A DNA stretch of 64,000 nt, taken from the NCBI RefSeq assembly GCF_006345805.1, contig NC_043022.1:15686001-15750000 (forward strand), in the 5' to 3' direction. Both the position numbers and the translations under genes were made by a program. This DNA is from Octopus sinensis (Eukaryota). This document shows, one piece after another, positions 1 through 64,000 of this stretch. Below the pieces are notes generated by a model. It did no database searches and was not told the origin of the DNA. It worked only from the letters and a program-made list of their open reading frames with translations. Numbering within the stretch: position 1 is the stretch's first letter; every line of letters begins with the position of its first letter.

Positions 1-1958
1 GTGTGCATGTGAGTGTGTGTGTGTCTGTGTGCATGTGAGTGATGTGTGGTCTGTGTGCATGTGGTGTGGTGTGTGTCTGTGTGATGTGATTGTGTGTGTG
101 TCTGTGTGCATGTGAGTGTGTGGTGTCTGTGTGCATGTGAGTGTGTGTGTGTCTGTGTGCATGGAGTGTGTGTGTGTCTGTGTGCATGTGAGTGTGGTGT
201 GTCTGTGTGCATGTGAGTGTGTGTGTGTCTGTGGTGCATGTGAGTGTGTGTGTGTCTGTGTGCATGTGAGGTGTTGTGTCTGTGTGAATGTGAGTGTGGT
301 GTGTGTCTGTGTGCATGTGTGTGTGTTGTGTGTGCTGTGTGCATGTGAGTGTGTGTGTGTCTGTGTGCATGTGAGGTGTGTGTGTCTGTGTGCATGTGAG
401 TGGTGTGTGGTCTGTGTGTGCATGTGAGTGTGTGTGGTTGTGGTGCATGTGAGTGTGTGTGTGTCTGTGAGCATGTGAGTGGTGTGTGTCTGTGTGCATG
501 TGAGTGTGTGTGTGTGTCTGTGTGCATGTGAGTGTGTGTGTGTCTGTGTGCATGTGAGTGTGTGTGTTGGGCAGTGGGTGTGTGTGTGTGGTGTGTGCAT
601 GGTGAGTGTGTGTGTGTCTGTGTGCATGTGAGTGGTGTGTACTGTGTGATGTGAGTGTGGTGTGAGTCTGTGTGCATGTGAGGTGTGTGTGGTGTGTCTG
701 TGTGATGTGAGTGTGTGTGTGTCTGTGTGCATGTGAGTGTGTGTGTGTCTGTGTGCATGTGAGTGTGTGGTGGTCTGTGTGTTTGTGTGAGTGTGTGTGT
801 GTCTGTGTGCATGTGAGTGTGTGTGTGTCTGTGTGCATGTGAGTGTGTGTGTGTCTGTGTGCATGTGGAGTGTGTGTGTGTCTGTGTGCATGTGAGTGTG
901 TGTGTGTCTGTGTGCATGTGAGTGTGTGTGTCTGTGTGCATGTGAGTGTGTGTGTCTGTGTGCATGTGATTGTGTGTGTGTCTGTGGCATGTGAGTGTGT
1001 GTGTGTCTGTGTGTGCATGTGAGTGTGGTGTGTGTCTGTGTGCATGTGAGTGTGTGTGTGTGTGTTGTGTGCATGTGAGTGTGTGTGTGTCTGTGTGCAT
1101 GTGAGTGTGTGTGTGTCTGTGTGCATGTGAGTGTGTGTGTGTCTGTGTGCATGTGAGTGTGTGTGTGTCTGTGTGCATGGAGTGTGTGGTGTGTCTGTGT
1201 GCATGTGAGTGTGTGTGTGTCTGTGTGCATGTGAGTGGTGTGTGTCTGTGTGCATGTGAGTGTGTGTGTGTCTGTGTGCATGTGAGTGTGTGTGTGTGGT
1301 GTGCATGTGAGTGTGTGTGTGTCTGTGTGCATGTGAGTGTGTGTGTGTCTGTGTGCAGTGAGTGTGTGTGTGTCTGTGAGCATGTGAGTGTGTGTGTGTC
1401 TGTGTGCATGTGAGTGTGTGTGTGTCTGTGTGCATGTGAGTGTGTGTGTGTCTGTGTGCATGTGAGTGTGTGTGTGTCTGTGTGCATGTGAGTGTGTGTG
1501 TGTCTGTGTGAATGTGAGTGTGTGTGTGTCTGTGAGCATGTGAGTGTGTGTGTGTCTGTGTGCATGTGAGTGTGTGTGTGTCTGTGTGCATTGAGTGTGT
1601 TGTGTGTCTGTGTGCATGTGAGTGTGTGTGTGTCTGTGTGCATGTGAGTGTGTGTGTGTCTGTGTGCATGTGAGTGTGTGTGTGTCTGTGTGCATGTGAG
1701 TGTGTGTGTGTCTGTGTGCATGTGAGTGTGTGTGTGTCTGTGTGCATGTGAGTGTGTGTGTGTCTGTGTGCATGTGAGTGTGTGTGTGTCTGTGTGCATG
1801 TGAGTGTGTGTGTGTCTGTGTGCATGTGAGTGTGTGTGTGTCTGTGAGCATGTGAGTGTGTGTGTGTCTGTGTGCATGTGAGTGTGTGTGTGTCTGTGTG
1901 CATGTGAGTGTGTGTGTGTCTGTGTGCATGTGAGTGTGTGTGTGTGTCTGTGTGCATG
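1..1958. repeat. 26-bp minisatellite (GTGTGCATGTGAGTGTGTGTGTGTCT)n, ~70+ units, runs off the left edge
   Basis: Unit directly visible; near-perfect at ~1400-1950, indel-rich at 1-1100. Confidence 0.95.
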
Positions 1959-3149
1959 TGTGTGTGTGTGTGTATGTGTTTGTGCATGTGTGTCTGTATG
2001 CACGTGTGTGTGCACACGCTTGTGTGTTCAGGTGGGTTTATGTGCTTGTACATGTGTGTGCATGTGTGTGTGTGTATGTATGTGTGTGTATGTGCATGTT
2101 GTGTGCATGTGTGTGTTTGTGCGCACACACGTGTGTGTATGGCTGTCTGCATGTCTATGTATATATATGTATATGTATATACATAAATATATGGATACAT
2201 ATAAATATTTATATATATATATATATATATAAATATATATATATATATGTATGTATATATATATGTATATATATGTATATATATCATCATCATCAATGCC
2301 ATTTAACATCCGCTTTCCATGCTGGCATGGGTTGGATGGTTTGACTGGAATCTGGTAAGGCTGGTGAAGACAAACATTGTGAAACCATATTTCAACTTAA
2401 TGAACATTGGTTAAATTTTTAATACTTATATATGTATATATATATATGCTGATCCTATAATTGTAAAGGGAACAGTGGAAGGGGGTAGATGCAGGGAGAC
2501 GAAGCAGTGAGAAAGGATCTACAAACCCACAGAGGGGACGACAGGGGACCGAGACTCCTGTTGGTTTGCTGGGTTTGAAAAGACATGTGAAGTTAAGTAA
2601 AAGCATGGTTGCCTTTGGATACAGGTTCGTCTCTTGCAACCCTCTCCAGCTGAGCATCGTTAATCTTATTTCTTTATTGCCCACAAGGGGCTAAACATAG
2701 AGGGAACAAACAAAGACAGGCAAAGGGATTAAGTAACTGGTACTTAATTTATCGACCCCGAAAGGATGAAAGGCAAAGTTTACCTCGGCAGAATTTGAAC
2801 TCAGAACGTAATGGCAGACGAAATATGGCTACGCATTTCGCCCGGTGTGGTAACATTTCTGCCACCTCACCGCCTTCATCCTTAATCTTGCAGGCTCATG
2901 GGTGTTGGTGCCGCGTAAAAAGCACCCATGCTGGTGCTACATAAAAGCACCCAGTACACTCTATAAAGTGGTTGGCGTTAGGAAGGGCATCCAGCTGTAG
3001 AAACACTGCCAAAGCAGACATTGGAGCCTGAACAGCCCTTCAGGTGGTCAGCTTCTGTCAAACCGTCCAACCCATGCCAGCATGGAAAACAGGCATTAAA
3101 TGATGATAATGATGATGATGATGATGATATATAAAGAGAGAGAGAGAGA

Positions 3150-3186
<37 letters not shown>

Positions 3187-3320
3187 ACACACGCACACAT
3201 ACACATGGTAAGTATTCTCCTTAATAATGAAAATAATAGCAAGGATAATTCATAAATAACAGAAACTAATTGAAAATATTTAGCTATTGCTCTAATGATC
3301 TTTTTTATTTCCTCTTTCAG

Positions 3321-3482
3321 AAAGACACACAAAAGACTGTTTCTACAGAGAAATTCTTGCAACTGATTCTTAAAGAACTAGATTGGAATTTGGAAATGTT
3401 TGAAGAACTTTTGTACAAGTATATTTGCAGCAGGAATTTGGTTCACCCTTTGATTGGAAAATCAAATTTCATGGTTATTCCA
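3321..3482 (+). CDS. Possible upstream exon (KDTQKTVSTEKFLQLILKELDW...)
   Basis: Strong acceptor ttttttatttcctctttcag| at 3320 with an open frame; in-phase donor CCA|gtaaat at 3482 would join phase 0 to the AG at 4892. No independent support. Confidence 0.3.
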
Positions 3483-3700
3483 GTAAATGATGTTAAATAT
3501 CTGCCAAAGAAATGGAATTGGTAGTTCTTGCAAGTCATGCTGCCTCAGAAAACACAACATATCTCCAAAAAAATAAACTGTTTCAAATATGGCATTCTTC
3601 AACTAAAAGATAGATTGGTATTTAAGACTACTTTTGGCATTTAAGACGAATGGAATTTTGAGTAAATAAATCTGATTTCTGCAGTAAAAGGGTTGATATT

Positions 3701-4099
3701 GTTATAAGTTAAGTTAAGTTAAGTTAATTTTTTGGCTCAAAAAGCAAAAAGTAATGCCATGTAGGGGGACATGGAGTTATGTACAGGGGTGTTCATGCAA
3801 AGAGTTCAGAGAGAGGCTTTGAATCGAGTGGTCGTCGGCATCTTCACTATCTCGTCTGGCAGCTTATTCCACGGATCTGCAACCCAGACGGAGAAAGACC
3901 CTCTCCTTCGATTGAGATGAAATCGTTGCAGATAGAGCTTTTCAGAGTGACCCCACAGCCGACGCTCTGGAGCAAGAGTGAAGAACAGCTCTTTTGAGAG
4001 GTTACACTTTCCGCTTATGATGTTGTGAGCAAGAATGAGATCACCACGGCGGTGGCGTTTTTCTAGAGAATAAAGGTCGAGCGTCTTCAGCCTTTCTTC
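3701..4099 (-). mobile_element. CR1/L2-type LINE, 5'-truncated 3' end with (AACTT)n tail
   Basis: Minus strand reads EERLKTLDLYSLEKRHRRGDLILAHNI...FSVWVADPWNKLPDEIV, a typical CR1/L2 RT C-terminal tail; (AAGTT)n on + at 3705-3727. Confidence 0.8.
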
Positions 4100-4898
4100 T
4101 GATCATTATTACAAATCAAATTCTGCAGAAATCAACTTTACTTTTTGTCCTTTTGGAGTCCATGAAATAAAATACCAGTCAAGTTCTGGGGTTGATGTAA
4201 ACGACTTTACCCTTCCCCTAAAATTGCTGGCCCTGTGCTAGAATTTCAAAGAATTTTTATTACAAATCAACCGCTTTGAAATGTGTGACGTCAAGTCCTG
4301 ATTTGAAATTTCTTATTTCACTGTACACGACATCATATTACATAGGCTCAGGAGTGGCTGTGTGGTAAGAAGCTTGTTTTGCGACCACATGGTTCTAGGT
4401 TCAGTCCCACTGCGAGGCATCTTGGACAAGTGTTGTCTTCTATAGCATCAGGCCGACCAAAACCTTGTGAGTGGATTTGGTAGACAGAAACTGAAAGAAG
4501 CCCATCGTGTATATATATATATATATTTTTATATATATATATATGTATGTATTTGTGAGTGTATGTTGGTTCCCTCCACCATCACTTGACAACCAATGTT
4601 GGTGTGTTTACGTCCCCATAACCTAGTGGTTCAGCAAAAAAGACTGATAGGTTTACAAAGTCGTCCTGGGGTTGATTTGTTCGACTAAAAAGATGGTGCT
4701 CCAGCATGGCCACAATCAAATGACTGAAACAAGTAAAAACATAAAAGAAAAGAATATATACAAAATATATTTTAGTCTTAGATTTCACAGAATTAATATT
4801 GTTATTTGGAATGGTTTATTTCCTGGAGAAGAAGAAAGAGATGACAAATAAATGGATGTTTATCTTTTGTTCAAAATAATTCCTGGAAATAGCTGAAA

Positions 4899-63848
<58,950 letters not shown>

Positions 63849-63968
63849 GTGAGTCTTTAGATATTTACAAACATAATATATTCTCTTTTACTTGTTTCAG
63901 TCATTTGACTGCGGCCATGCTGGAACACATATATGTGCATATATGTATATATATATATGTGTGTGTGT

Positions 63969-63999
<31 letters not shown>

Positions 64000-64000
64000 T

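Noticed and set aside
116-2344. Cys/Val-rich ORFs (CVCVCV...)
   Set aside because: They are translations of the 26-bp minisatellite and (GT)n/(AT)n. The same applies to the YIYI/HTHT ORFs throughout the window.

Overview
Eukaryotic, AT-rich and very repeat-dense DNA. The SINE/LINE and microsatellite repertoire points to a coleoid cephalopod, probably Octopus (inference). One large + strand gene spans almost the whole window. By hand I chained 26 coding exons from 4899 to 63848 (about 1,814 codons) using GT-AG sites and intron phase, and the gene continues past the right edge. It encodes a ~510-aa low-complexity N-terminus followed by ~1,300 aa of Trp-periodic L-x-x-x-F-x-x-W helical repeats (SFI1/centrin-binding-like). 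The chain needs one +1 nt correction in a T-run at 29427-29429. The introns contain several tRNA-headed SINE families, 3' ends of RTE, CR1/L2 and R4/Dong-type LINEs, mariner/pogo/hAT/piggyBac-type remnants and MITEs, a Helitron Pif1-helicase remnant, and long (CA)n, (TA)n, (CAC)n and (CAT)n tracts. The most striking unexplained signal is a set of hammerhead-ribozyme motifs from at least four unrelated Penelope-like repeat families. Two have an intact CUGAUGA core and sit inside long foldbacks (12405-12442 +, 33248-33300 -). Several have a CCGA(C/U)GA variant core. Also notable are two independent head-to-tail SINE arrays with the same 184-bp period and junction, one bounded by a 16-bp TSD. All coordinates were read by eye and no database search was run; repeat ends are approximate unless a TSD or TIR is quoted.
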